Shown here: positions 37,673 through 49,790 of the stretch, in pieces
Numbering within the stretch: the first letter of the stretch is position 1
Layout: each line of letters opens with the position of its first letter
NCBI GenBank assembly: GCA_030704615.1
Contig: CM060731.1
Coordinates: 76,260,001 to 76,324,000 of the forward strand
Source: Takakia lepidozioides
Taxonomy: Eukaryota; Plantae; Bryophyta
DNA length: 64,000 nt
Direction: 5' to 3'
Notes under the pieces: generated by a model
Seen by the model: the letters and a program-made list of their open reading frames with translations, nothing else
What the model was told of the DNA's origin: nothing
The model's database searches: none
Position numbers and translations under genes: made by a program

Positions 37673-38993
37673 TCACTTAGCATAAACCCGCAGAAGAGTG
37701 GAATAACCCAGGTGCACGCGAATCTTAGTGGAGACGGGTTGCAAAATCTCGTCAATCATTACCTGCTCATTCTCTATTGGGACGGGTAGATGTACATTGA
37801 CGTAGTGAAGATGGCGGCGCCTTCTAGGTCGTGTTTTTTCTCTCTCGCTGCAGTAGTGCTTTGATGTATCCTTGTGCTTTGTTGTGCTTGTGAGTCTTGC
37901 AGCGATGGCGGCCTCGTCGCATTCTCCAACTGAAGCCGAACTCAACCCTACGGAAAATTTTGAAGCCGTTTTTGCTAGTGTTCTTCGTGCTTCAGTTGAT
38001 CCCAAGCTCATAGTGGAGGTTGAGTACCCGCCCTTTGGTGAGCCAATTGAGCGCCCCGGAGCTGATATTGGATACGCCCTCCGACCACTGGGTGTGGCAC
38101 CCGCCACTGGCTCCTCGGGAGAGAGAGTTTCGGACATTGGCTCGGGAGGTACCTCATCATCAGCCTTCACCTGCTCGGTGAGGTCTACTGCATCCTCCAA
38201 GTCATCTAAAACATGCCAGGGCTCGCAAGCAGATCAAGTAGTTACAGGCATTGCAAAAACCGTGGAGCAAGAGAGAAGGTTACCTTCCCCTTCAATGAGG
38301 CAGAGGCTGGAGCTCTTTCTCCCAGTCAGTGATACCGTATGAGCTCACAAATTTTTGTTTGTGGAGCATGTACACTGCCTCACCCAGAAAGTGCCAGAGT
38401 TCTTCGTCAATTTTTAGCCTATGCATGGGATAATCTGTCACCTTAGCACCAGGAAGATGAATGCCAATGCGTTCCAGGCGGAACACAACACTAGGAAAGA
38501 TCAGCACGTCGTTCTCATCATGAGGAAAGCGTGAAACAGGGACCCCCGCAACATCCCAAGAAATATCCACATTGTGTTCTGGCTTCCAAGTAGGTCGTAG
38601 GTTGGCCAAATCCAAAGAACTCCCTCTTTTCACAAACTCCCACAGCCTCTGCGGACTAGGCCTTCTTCGCGGCAGAAAACTCTCAAACTCGGTGGTGAGC
38701 TCGCCAGCGACAGTGAGCTGGGGAATGCCAAGCTCGGCCCAACTGAGCTTGTCACCAGCAGACAATCATGCTTTGGCGACAGACAATGACAGCTTGAGCC
38801 CGATTTCTGCAGCATATAGGCGTTGTAGGATTTTGGCCGCCCTTGCACCTTGGAAAGCCTCAATGCACTTCCGTCTCTGCTTTGCCTCCTCTGGGGTGTG
38901 AGTGGGTTTGAGACCTTCTAAAGCAACAGTTAATTCAAATAATGCATCACCTTCACAAGGGGCTCTTGCAACGTCAGGTAATGTGCCTAACAT
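37673..38993 (-). pseudogene. Unknown retroelement-associated ORF broken by stops (segments 38993-38766, 38765-38292, 38200-37673)
   Basis: Three consecutive minus-strand ORF pieces; the first two are in the same frame, separated by one TGA. They run up to the candidate LTR. No recognised domain. Confidence 0.45.
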
Positions 38994-40074
38994 AGATAAT
39001 GATCAAGCCTATTTGTGATGCCATGACCACTCTGTCTAGTTGTCCTGCTCTCATGCAGCTCTTTCTAGACAAACAGGTGGGGGCTGCACAAGTGGCCAAG
39101 CCCAAAGAAGTGCAGTGCACTCACAAGCGGCCATATCCCAACTATGAGGTAGGTCAAGATTTTGAAAACTTTCTCAACCTTTTTGAGATGAGTGTTAAGT
39201 TCAATGATCTGCCTGCTCACATGGTGACCAATTCCTTTCACTTCTGTCTTAAGGGTGAGGCACGTGACTTGTTTGAGGCTAGCATTAAGGATCAGGGAGA
39301 ATGGAGGTTTTAAATTGCCAAACAATTGGCACTCAAATTATTCATTAACTACACTATGCTAGACAAACCCTACCAACCAGGTGAAAGTATTTGGAAGTAG
39401 TATACTGACCTCAAAACCACTGTGGTCAAGTCCATACCTGTACCTTCCGAGCGAACTGCCATCCTCCAAACTTACTTCATCACTAGTTTGCCTGCTTCAG
39501 ATCAGGTTTACTTGCAGAAACATCCATAATATCGTGATGAAAGGCACATGGTTGAAATGATGGATAAGCGGATGTGATTGAAAAATGCTAAGTTGGGCAA
39601 GGCATGTACGTTAGTCACTCAATCGGCCATGTTGCATGCTTGAGAGGGTTCTTATGGGGTTGTTGTGACCAAGGGTGGCTATGCAGATCTCACTCCTATA
39701 CTGCTTGATGAAGTAAAGAGTCTGCAGCAGGAACTGCACACCCAATTACAGGCTATTCGATCCGATATTAGTTCCTGGCAATCACCACCTGCCAAGACCA
39801 CACCTGCCGAATCCCATCGTGGCCACACTCATACAGGAACGAGGTATGAGGTCAAGGCGAGTAGCATGCTTTATTTGTGGGTCACTTGACCATTGGACTC
39901 GATTTTGCACTTATGCAGATCTGGTTGAAGAGTATGAGAAAGCCAAAAAGGAAAAGAAAGGCAAGCAGCCTTCAAACGAGGGCGATTGTTCGTGAAGGGG
40001 CCGAACGATCACACCTCCAAAGGCCCTAACCCAGGTGATTTTGTTGTCTCTGTCATCTTATCCAAAGAATTTAG

Positions 40075-41319
40075 TTGATGCACGGTGAGGCTAATCGCCA
40101 ACTGAGAAATGAGAGAGTTCATCCTCTCATGACTCAATGTCACATTTGGCATCTGTCATTTCCTTGTGTAATGGACACGGGTTGTACTATGTCAGCAATA
40201 CCTTTGTCTATAGTTCGCCTCCTTGGCCTAAAACTCACCCCTACTACTGGTATGGCAATCACCATTGCAGATGGCACTTGGTATGAACCTATTGGCTTAG
40301 TCAGAATTCCCATCAAAATCAGTCGCAATTATGTGGTTCTAACTTGTATTATGACCATTGGGGAGCAGCTCCTTTTGGGATTGGATTGGTTGCGTGGGGC
40401 AGGAGCTAAGATTGATGTGGTGGAGAATGCCCTGTGGCTTGACAATGGTCAAGCTCCAGCACACAAAGTTAGACTCAACTCCGTCTCCCTGCCCGCCGGA
40501 TGTGCAAGTGCTCATCTCTCTCACATGCATGTCCTTGCTGCTGCAGCCAGACAACGTGTTGGTGAGCCTTACAGTTGGACTCGCTATTTCAACTTTGCCA
40601 AAACTCCGCCCCTGACTCTACATCAGTGGCAGATTCCCTTGCAAAGCAAGAAAGGTGGGCCTCCCGTTGCCATACCTCAGAACACTACTTTGCTGCGCAG
40701 CTCTGATGACTTTACTATTCCTGCATATTCCCATAAGCTTGTTTCTTCAGGCTTGACATTCCTAAGTCCCAAGGATCACTATATTGAGGTTGAAGGATGG
40801 AAATGCTTAATGCTTACCAAGCACTGTCTTTTAGCTTGTGGAGTTCTTGATAGGGGCTTCAGGGGTGAGCTTCGCTTACTGGTTGCCAATTACCCTAAAA
40901 GGATTCCCATCCACACATGCAAAAGTCAGGTCATTGCCAGACTTACAGCTGATCCTTTGACTTCAATTACAGAAGTTCAAGTCGCCTTGCATTTTACTCA
41001 CATTGGGTTGATTGATGATGTTGTAGACCATCTAGGTCTGATGAGTCATTCAGCCCCTACACCACCAGTAAGGCCTCTCTCCCCTGAGCAATCTGCTCAT
41101 CTTGATCAAGTACTCAGTGATAGTCACATTGGCCCTGGTCTGACTGAAGCAGAAAAAGGTCGGTTGCATTCTGTCATTCGTGAGAACCTTGATGTCTTTA
41201 GCAAAGGGTCCCATGACTTGGGCAAAACAGAGGTCTTGAAGCATGACATCATCACAGAGGGTGCTCCCGTTAAACAATATGCCTACAAAGAAAGTGTCAA
41301 AGAACGAGGTATCATGTAG
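40075..41319 (+). CDS. Pol fragment: aspartic protease followed by a dUTPase-like domain (~40690-40945)
   Basis: DTG catalytic motif, then LRSSDDFTIPAYSHKLVSSGL...GVLDRGFRGELRLLVAN...VIARL, which resembles trimeric dUTPase motifs 3 and 4. Confidence 0.75.
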   Translation: MMHGEANRQLRNERVHPLMTQCHIWHLSFPCVMDTGCTMSAIPLSIVRLLGLKLTPTTGMAITIADGTWYEPIGLVRIPIKISRNYVVLTCIMTIGEQLLLGLDWLRGAGAKIDVVENALWLDNGQAPAHKVRLNSVSLPAGCASAHLSHMHVLAAAARQRVGEPYSWTRYFNFAKTPPLTLHQWQIPLQSKKGGPPVAIPQNTTLLRSSDDFTIPAYSHKLVSSGLTFLSPKDHYIEVEGWKCLMLTKHCLLACGVLDRGFRGELRLLVANYPKRIPIHTCKSQVIARLTADPLTSITEVQVALHFTHIGLIDDVVDHLGLMSHSAPTPPVRPLSPEQSAHLDQVLSDSHIGPGLTEAEKGRLHSVIRENLDVFSKGSHDLGKTEVLKHDIITEGAPVKQYAYKESVKERGIM

Positions 41320-41832
41320 GAAGAATTAAAAAAATGGCTAGATGTCGGTGTGGTGACCCCATCTATTTCTTCTTGGGCTAGTCCTATCGTGCTTGTAGCA
41401 AAGAAAGATGGGACTACATGCTTCTGTGTTGACTTTCGCCACCTCAATTCCTTGACTAAAAATAATGTCTATCATTTGTCTCGGATTCAGGATACACTGG
41501 ATCAGCTTAACGGTGCTACTATCTTTAAATTGTCATTAGATTTGGCTGCAGGGTTTTGGCAGTGCTTCTTACGGAGTCTGCCAAAGAGAAGACTGCATTC
41601 ACTTGCAAGCAGGAAATATTCCAATTTGAAACAATGCCTTTTGGCCTCTGTAACGCCACAACCACTTTTCAGCGACTCATGGATGTGGTCTTGGGTAACC
41701 TGCAATGGGAGTGTGCCTTAGTGTACTATGTGGATGATATTAATATTTATTCTCCTTCCTTTGATGCTCATATGATTGATCTTAGGGCCTTACCACACGA
41801 GCGGCAGTGAACTCGAGTGACATGGAAGTCCC

Positions 41833-44800
41833 TGTCACGGACATAGCCCAGAGGAACTTACCAGGAATAGATACCACATGTTACTAAGTTATCATGTTAT
41901 CGAAAGTTATCGTGATCTACCATGATTTACTAATTATCATTAGTTATCAAGTTACCGGAAGTTTATCAAATTATCGAGAGTAGCTTGGGAAATTGCTCAT
42001 GAAGCTTCCTTTGGAGGAAACTTCTCCATCAAGATACCTCCTTTGTTTAAAGAAACTTCTCCATCAAGATACCTCTTTTGTTTAAGGAAACTTCTCCATC
42101 AAGAAACCTCTTTTGAGGAAGCCTCTTAAGGAACCTCCTAGTAGCCAGTTTATATAGGAGGCGAAACTGGACACTCTTAAGGCTCGCCAACACAAGTTCA
42201 AGCTACTCTTGTATCTAGTCCCAGTACTCCAGTCCACCTTCTAGTACTGTAGTCCAGTTTCCAATATGATAGTACTCCAGTCCAATTTCCAAGTCAAGTT
42301 CCAGTATCTTATACTCCTGTCCATTGTTATAAAGATCATCTTGATTCATACTCATCATGCATTCGGCCACGCCGACCTTGACTTCTTGTCTAGTCTTGTA
42401 CCTCTAGTCTGATCTCTTGTTTGTGTTTTGTCATGCTCTTGTCCTTGACAGTTTGGCGAGACTAAAGTTTGTTCCTTGGTTAGTTAACATGGAAGGCACA
42501 TTTGAGGAAATGGTCGCCACACTACAGAGTCTTCAGCTCCAGATGCAAGAATTTCGTACCTCTACCGTCCAATTATAAGCTGATCAGTCTCAAGATCTTG
42601 GCAACGCTATCCACAACTTACAACAACAAATTTCAGAGTAACTATAGGAGTCGAACAATGGATCTTCAATCATACGAGTCTCTACTGCAACGGCTCCTAC
42701 TGCAACGGCTCCTCTTCGACAGATTACGAGAGAACCAAATATCAGCATACCCGAGAAATTTGATGGGACAAGATCAAAATTTCGCGGTGCGACCTCGAAT
42801 GGAATGAGAAGAGCCTCATTAGTCAGTTTCGATGTGGGCTAAAGGAGGATGTAAAAGATTTGTTGCAGACAATGCCAAACGTGAGCACACTGAGCGAATT
42901 CATCACCCAAGTCATTGTATGCGATAATCTTCAGTGAAGCCTTGGGCGATCACTAGTAATGACGGTGGGATGGACAGCCCAATCCCAATTTTGGCCGACA
43001 TTGTGCTTCTGCGGCAGCTGGATTGTTGGACAAATAGCACTAACCTTTGTTCGTTTGTTCGAAAGACGTCAATAGAAGCGATCTGGATGGTCGACGACGC
43101 ATCATGCCGCTGCTACTACAGCACCAAACACAACGATCCATCAGACATCCGATAGTGATCATATGCAGATTGATGCTGTCCGATTCAAGCCATTGACGTC
43201 ACAAGAAAAACAAAGACGGCGCTCGAATGGATTATGCCTCTATTGCGGAGAAGAAGATCATATAGCATTAAACTGCCCCAACAAGAGAAGATTCAAGGCT
43301 CAGTGCGCAACTCAAGTATTTGATACGGGGAGGTCGGAAAACGAAGATGTCTAGTCACAGTAAGGACCATGAGGCTGGACACCACAAATTTCTCACCAAA
43401 AAAAGATCTCTTTCTACCTCCAGACCCTGTACCTTGCTTCACAGTTCCGGTAAAAATCAGAGTGCAAAATCGAGATATCTCTGTAGAAGCACTTTCGGAC
43501 TCAGGGGCTTCAGTATGTTTTATTGACAAAAACTTTGCGAAGCAACACAATTTAACAGCTCGTAAAGAAGAAACTCTCGGTCCCTGTTGAAGTCATCGAT
43601 GGACGACCGTTAGCATTAGAAAATGTTAACCATGAAACTCGACCACTTAAAGTGAAGCTTGAAGATCAAACATCACATATTGTTTTCAACATCATCCAGT
43701 CTCCAACGAATCCTGTGATCCTTGGACTTCCCTGGTTCATACTTCACAATCCTGAAATCGACTGGCGATCGCGAAAAATTTCTACAAGATAAAAATGTAC
43801 AAATATCAAAGGTATTCAACCCTTGTTCCTTGGAGCTAGAACTTTCATGAGAGCTACGAAAAAAGATGCGGCATTTGCACTTTATGCGACTCCGATCAAG
43901 ATCATAACAGACAAAGGTACTTCGACATTACCCACTCAATATCAAGATTTCAAGGATGTCTTCGAGAAGAAAAAAGCAGACATATTGTCAGAACATCGAC
44001 CTTATGACTGTGCAATTGAGTTACAAGAAGGAGCCCAACCACCATTCGGTCCAATCTATAACTTATTCCAGACGGAGTTGGCTGCATTACGTGAGTACAT
44101 TGATGAAAATTTGTTGAAGAACTTCATCCGACATTCAAAATCACCTGCGGGGGCGCCTATCTTGTTTGTGAAAAAGAATGACGGATTATTGGGCATATGT
44201 GTGGACTATCGCGGTCTCAACAAAGTCATAATTAAGAATCGTTATCCGTTGTCGCTGATTTCTGGGCTTCTCGACCAACTGGGACGAGCGAAGATTTTCA
44301 CCAAAATTGATTTGAGATGAGCTTATAACCTTGTACGGATAAAAGAAGGAGACGAATGGAAAACAATTTTTTGAACAAAGTATGGACATTTTGAATACAG
44401 TGTTATGCCTTTCGGTTTTATAAATACTCCAGCAATTTTCGAACATATGATGAATGACATCTTTCGAGAATTTTTAGATGACTTTGTAGTCATCTATTTG
44501 GACGATATTTTGATATTTTCTCATAATGAAGAAGAACATGGTCACTATGTACGCCTTGTCCTTGATAAATTAAGAAAAGAGAACTATATGCCAAGTTGGA
44601 AAAATGTCTTTTCCATCAATCTGAGGTCGAATTTCTGGGCTACATTATTTCCGACAAAGACGTCTTTATGGATCAGAATAAAATATAAACCGTCATCGAG
44701 TAGATTAAACCAACTTCGGTCCGAGATGTACAATGTTTTCTGGGATTTGCAAATTTCTATAGAATCTTCATCAAAGACTACTCCAAAATTGTTGCACCAT

Positions 44801-47661
44801 TGACACGACTCACAAGGAATGACAAATTTGTATGGGACGTGAAGGCTGACCAAGCATTTGAAAGGCTGAAGCAGACATTTACAACGGCTCTAATACTGGT
44901 ACGTGCAGACCCATCTAAACCATTCTTCTTTGAAACAGATGCATCGGACTTTGCACTTGGCGCGATACTTTCTCAATACGGTACAGATGGCCGACTCCAC
45001 CCTGTTGGTTTTCGTTCTCGCAAATTTTCCGTTGCGGAAATCAATTATGAAAACCATGACAAAGAACTTCTAGCGATTATCGATGTTTTTGAGGAGTGGC
45101 GTCATCTATTAGAGAGAACTAAACATCAGGTCACTGTCTATATCGATCACAAAAACCTCGAGTATTTTATGAGTGCTCGTGTTTTGAATCGACGTCAAGC
45201 GAGATGGAGTATGTCACTAGCAAGGTTTGATTTTGTTATTACCTACCGTCCCGGACATCTTCAAAGAAAACCAGATGTTCTTTCTCAACGATCGTATCTT
45301 GCGCCAAAAGAATGGGATGCAGCTTTTAACCAACAAAAATCCATCATCTTGAATCAGCAAATCTCCAATTGAATATGCTATCAATGTCCACCTATGACGA
45401 TACAAAGATCATAAAAGAGATTCAGGAAGCACTGAAAAGTGACAAATTTGCTACGACACTACGAAATCAACTAAATTGACCTCGAGACAACTCACATGTT
45501 ACAAACGACTTCGAATTCAAAGATAACTTACTTTATTTCAAGGGGCTTCTCTATGTACCTCCAAGACCTACACGACTGCGAATTCTTCAAACATGTCATG
45601 ATTTTCCGGCTGTAGGACATTTCGGCTTCAACAAAACAATAGAATTGATAACCATGGACTATTGGTGGCCACAGATGTGGAAACTCGTGAAAGAATTTAT
45701 AAAATCTTGCGACACGTGTGCTAGAGCGAAGGGACCACGACATCGACCTTACGGCCTTCTTCAACCATTACCCATTCTCAATGGTCCATGGTCATCCGTG
45801 TCTATGGATTTTATTACGGACCTTCGAATTTCCAAGATCACCGATTCAATCCTTGTTATTGTAGATCGTTTTACAAATATGACACATTTCATTCCATGTA
45901 ATAAGACGGTTACCGGCGAGGAAACTGCAAGACTCTTCCTCAATAATATCTACAACATTCATGGACTCCCGAAGGACATCGTATCTGATCGAAGACCACA
46001 GTTCATATCAAATTTCTTGAGGGGATTATTTCACATATTAGATACTAAGATCAATCTCTCTACAGCTAATCATCCACAGACTGATGGTCAAACCGAACGC
46101 GTAAACCAGATTTTGGAGCAGTATCTTCGCTGTATGATAAATTATCATCAAGATAATTGGACGGACCTTCTGTCATTGGCTGAGTTTGCCTACAACAACA
46201 CTATACATTCTTCGACCAAACAAACTCCATTTTTCTCCAATTATGGTCATCATCCTCGAGCAAACATTTTCCACATGAAGACTGTTAGAAGCCCTACTAC
46301 AGAAAACCTTGCTACTCATCTTGCTACGATTCACAAGGAGCTTACATTCCACCTTGCAGAAGCTCAAAAACAATACAAGGAGTATGCAGATCAACATCGC
46401 CAACTCCAACCCCAGTTCAAGGTCGGAGATCGTGTGTGGCTTTTTCGACGGGACATACACACTTCGCGACCATTATGGAAGTTGGATTATCAACGCCTGG
46501 GACCATTCAAAATTATTCGACAAATAAATCAGGTCAGTTTTCGGCTTGAACTCCCACGAATTATGCGCATTCATCCAGTTTTTCATGTTTCATTATTGGA
46601 GTTGTATCATCCATCGAATATTCCAGGGAGAGTTTTTGTACCACCTCCACCAATCGAAGTCAATCATGACATCGAGTATGAAGTCGACGAAATCCTAGAC
46701 TCTCGCATCAAGTATAAATGTCTTGAGTATTTCGTACATTGGAAAGACTACGACATTAGCGAACGAACGTGGGAACCTTCATCCAACCTTGCCAATGCAT
46801 CTAACAAAGTCCAAGAGTTTCATCAACGATATCCAGCTAAGCCCCGAGCTACACGTCAATAAGACGTCACAACGATGATGTCAGTCAAGTTAGCTTCAAG
46901 GTAAAGACTTCACATTCAGTGTATCTGATACACACTAAGGAGGGAGGTTCTCCAACTCTAAGTAAGTCCAAAATTCTACCGCTCCTCGAGGAACTCGGCG
47001 CTAGAGGAGGGGTGATGTCACGGTCATAGCCCAGAGGAACTTACCAAGAATAAATACCAGAAGTTATCAAATTACCATGTTACCAAAAGTTATCATGATC
47101 TACCATGATCTACCATGATTTATCATAAATTACCATTAATAACCAAGTTACCAGAAGTTTACCAAATTACCGAGAGTAACTTGGGAAACTGTTCATGAAG
47201 CTTCATTTGGAGGAAACTTCTTCATCAAGATACCTCCTTTGTTTAAGGAAACTTCTCTATCAAGAAACATTTGTTTAACCTTGGAAACTTCTCCATCAAA
47301 GAAACCTCCTTTGGGGAAGCCTCTTAGGGAACCTCCTAGTAGCCAGTATATATAAGAGGCGAGACTGGACACTCTTCAGTCTCACCAACACAAGTTGAAG
47401 CTACTCTTGTTTCCAGTCCCAGTACTCCAACATCCTTCTAATACTGTAGTCCAATTTCCAGTATCTTGTACTCTAGTCCAGTTTCCAGCATTCCAGTATC
47501 CAAGTGAAGTTCCAGTATCTTGTACTCTTGTCCATTGTTATAAAGATCATCTTGATTCATACCCATCATGCATTCGGCCACGCCGACCTTGACTTCTTGT
47601 CTCGTCTCGTACCTCTAGTCTGATCTCTTGTTTGTGTTCTGTCATGTTCTCGTCCTTGATA
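41833..47661 (+). mobile_element. Full-length but decayed Ty3/gypsy chromovirus B (Tcn1-like)
   Basis: 5' LTR 41833-42450 (TGTCACG...TTGACA); 3' LTR 47016-47661 (TGTCACG...TTGATA); flanks GTCCC/GTCCA; PPT AGAGGAGGGGTGA at 47003-47015. gag has MQID..CLYCGEEDHIALNCP, protease DSGAS, RT YLDD, RNaseH DAS..ELLA. Many stops and frameshifts. Confidence 0.95.
45645..46862 (+). CDS. Integrase plus chromodomain portion of chromovirus B pol
   Basis: YWWP..C..C, SMDFITDL, IVSDR..QF, HPQTDGQTERVN, GPF module, IHPVFHVSLL; chromodomain EYEVDEILDSR...YFVHWKDY...TWEP..NL. Confidence 0.93.
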   Translation: MITMDYWWPQMWKLVKEFIKSCDTCARAKGPRHRPYGLLQPLPILNGPWSSVSMDFITDLRISKITDSILVIVDRFTNMTHFIPCNKTVTGEETARLFLNNIYNIHGLPKDIVSDRRPQFISNFLRGLFHILDTKINLSTANHPQTDGQTERVNQILEQYLRCMINYHQDNWTDLLSLAEFAYNNTIHSSTKQTPFFSNYGHHPRANIFHMKTVRSPTTENLATHLATIHKELTFHLAEAQKQYKEYADQHRQLQPQFKVGDRVWLFRRDIHTSRPLWKLDYQRLGPFKIIRQINQVSFRLELPRIMRIHPVFHVSLLELYHPSNIPGRVFVPPPPIEVNHDIEYEVDEILDSRIKYKCLEYFVHWKDYDISERTWEPSSNLANASNKVQEFHQRYPAKPRATRQ

Positions 47662-47839
47662 GTCCATGGCTAGGATTGTAGCACCTGTATATTATAGAGA
47701 GTAGGCCAATGTCAGCAAAAACAAAGCAACGCTACTACATGAGCGGTAGTCGGGCATGGAATAGATCGTAAAGAAGCAAAAATGAATGATTCAGATGAGC
47801 TCCACGAGGAGAAAGAGCAGATTGCGCCAAAGAAGTTCT

Positions 47840-49790
47840 CACTACACTGTTTTTTTTTTTATTATTTTTTTTTTTGGGGGGGGGGGCGGCGATGTCTCAA
47901 GCGTCGCTAATCGGGCATTTCCGGCCCCGCGAAAATTGCAAATCTGGCGTCGCAGATGTGTCGCTACGGGGCCATCGCAGATTTCGGACTTAAGGCGACG
48001 CCATGTCGCGGCCCTTTGCCTTGAGGGCAGGGGGTCGGGACACAAGAGGGGCTGCCCCTGTGGGGGGGCAGTGGCAGCGATAGGTATGGGGGGCTGAAGC
48101 ACCCTTGAGTGCCCAAGGCACTCAAAGAGGCGGAGGCGCTCACTAGGTGGAGCCCCGCACACCGGGTTGCGGTGGGGGTGGCTCCACAAGGGGTGGTGGT
48201 AGCCTAGCGGGACTTTGGGGGTGGCATAGGACTCACCCTGGGCGGAGACCTCGTGGTGGGAGTCGTGGGGAGTCTTGGGACTCATCACGGTCCATAGGGG
48301 CCGTGGTGGGTGGGCCAAGACTCACCGCGACTCATCACCGGGAGTCGAGGGTGTTCGTGGTGGTTCGCCATAAAATGACATGGTTGTTTGTGAAACCCCC
48401 GCGGACAGCTACAGAAGTATATATAGGGAGTAGTAACCCCGAGAACGGTGCAAGCCCGTTGGTGACCAAAAACTAGTGAGTAAGCGAGCGAGCCGGAAAG
48501 CGACCAAAAGAGTGGGGAGCTGTTCCGGACTGCCAACGATCAAAGGGAATTCCGCTGGTTCCAAATCGTTGGAGGGTTCTTTGGGAGATCAAAGGAGGAC
48601 CGTTATGCCGCGGTGAGCAGCCGGAGCTCCAAGATGGCCCGACGGCCAGGTTGGGAGTTAGGCGCGCGCATCAAGCGAGTAACTAGGACTTGAGGGGGGG
48701 GGGGGGGGGGGCTTACCGAATTGAGGTGCGCGACACGCCAGGGGGGTCGCAGATCCAGCCCCCCTGAAAATTCCTACTTGCGATGCCCTGCGACACTCGG
48801 GGCGTCGCTATAGCCACACAAGAGAGGGAAAAAAAAAAAAAACCTCACTTTCATAATGCGACGCCCTTGGGGTCGCTATTTGGGAGCGATGCCCTGGGCG
48901 TCGCTTTTGAGGTTTTTTTGAATTTTGAATTTCGAAAATAAGCGGGATCCTCACGGTTCAAAAAAAGGCGGGATTGCACATGGTTCAAAAAATGGCGGGA
49001 CACGCATTTGCCACGTAGTATCAAACCTAACCCTTGAAGATATTTTTGCAAGTAGCCGACACATATCGAATTTCTAATTCATTGAACATATTGTTAGACA
49101 AATTTGAACTCAAGACCTCTAGATTATACACATAGTAAAACACTTCACACTAACCAACATATCAGTTACCGAACTTATACACAACTCATGATTTAATTGT
49201 ATATAAGGTAGTTCATGCGAGCGTTGCTCGTCGCGACCTCAAAGCGACACTCGCATCGCTCAAATGTAAGCAACGCCAGAGGCGTTGCTTTTCCTGGACC
49301 ATCTACTGCAGAAACCAAAAAATGATCAAGTCATTTTGGCGTCGCTACAAATGACTTATCAAAAAAAAAAAAACTCAAAAGCAACACCCAGGCAAAAAAT
49401 GACACATAAAAAAAAACAACTCAAATGCGACGCCCAAGGCGTCGCATTAATAATGCGATGTTTTTTTTTTTTTTTTTTTTGGGTGTTTGATGCGACGTCT
49501 TGGGCGTCGCACCAGGGGCCAACCCACAGTGCTTCGCAACCCAGCTGCGACGTTTTTTTTAATTTTTGTCCATTGCGACGCCTGGGGCGTCGCATGCATC
49601 CTTGCGATGCTCAGGGCGTTGCACCAGGGGCCAACACCCAGTGCGTCGCAACCCGGCTGCGATGTTTTTCTTTAAAAAGTTGTCCATTACGATGCATGGG
49701 GTGTCGCAAGATGGGGATGTGGCGGGGGCATCTTACGAGAGAGGCGCGGCGGGGGGTTGGCATGGCTAACCCCCCCTTTTTCCTGTAGTG
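47840..49790. mobile_element. Non-autonomous CACTA element
   Basis: CACTACA (47840)...TGTAGTG (49790); flanks TCT/TCC. Many GCGACGCC/GGCGTCGC subterminal motifs in both orientations; no transposase ORF. Confidence 0.75.
48004..48735 (+). mobile_element. Solo LTR with a perfect 5-bp TSD
   Basis: CGCCA|TGTCGCG...CGCGACA|CGCCA; homologous to 17776-18501. Confidence 0.93.

Noticed and set aside
49285-49788. 167-aa ORF and other short ORFs in the GC-rich LTR/CACTA repeats
   Set aside because: Low-complexity translations of repeats and homopolymers with no domain signal.
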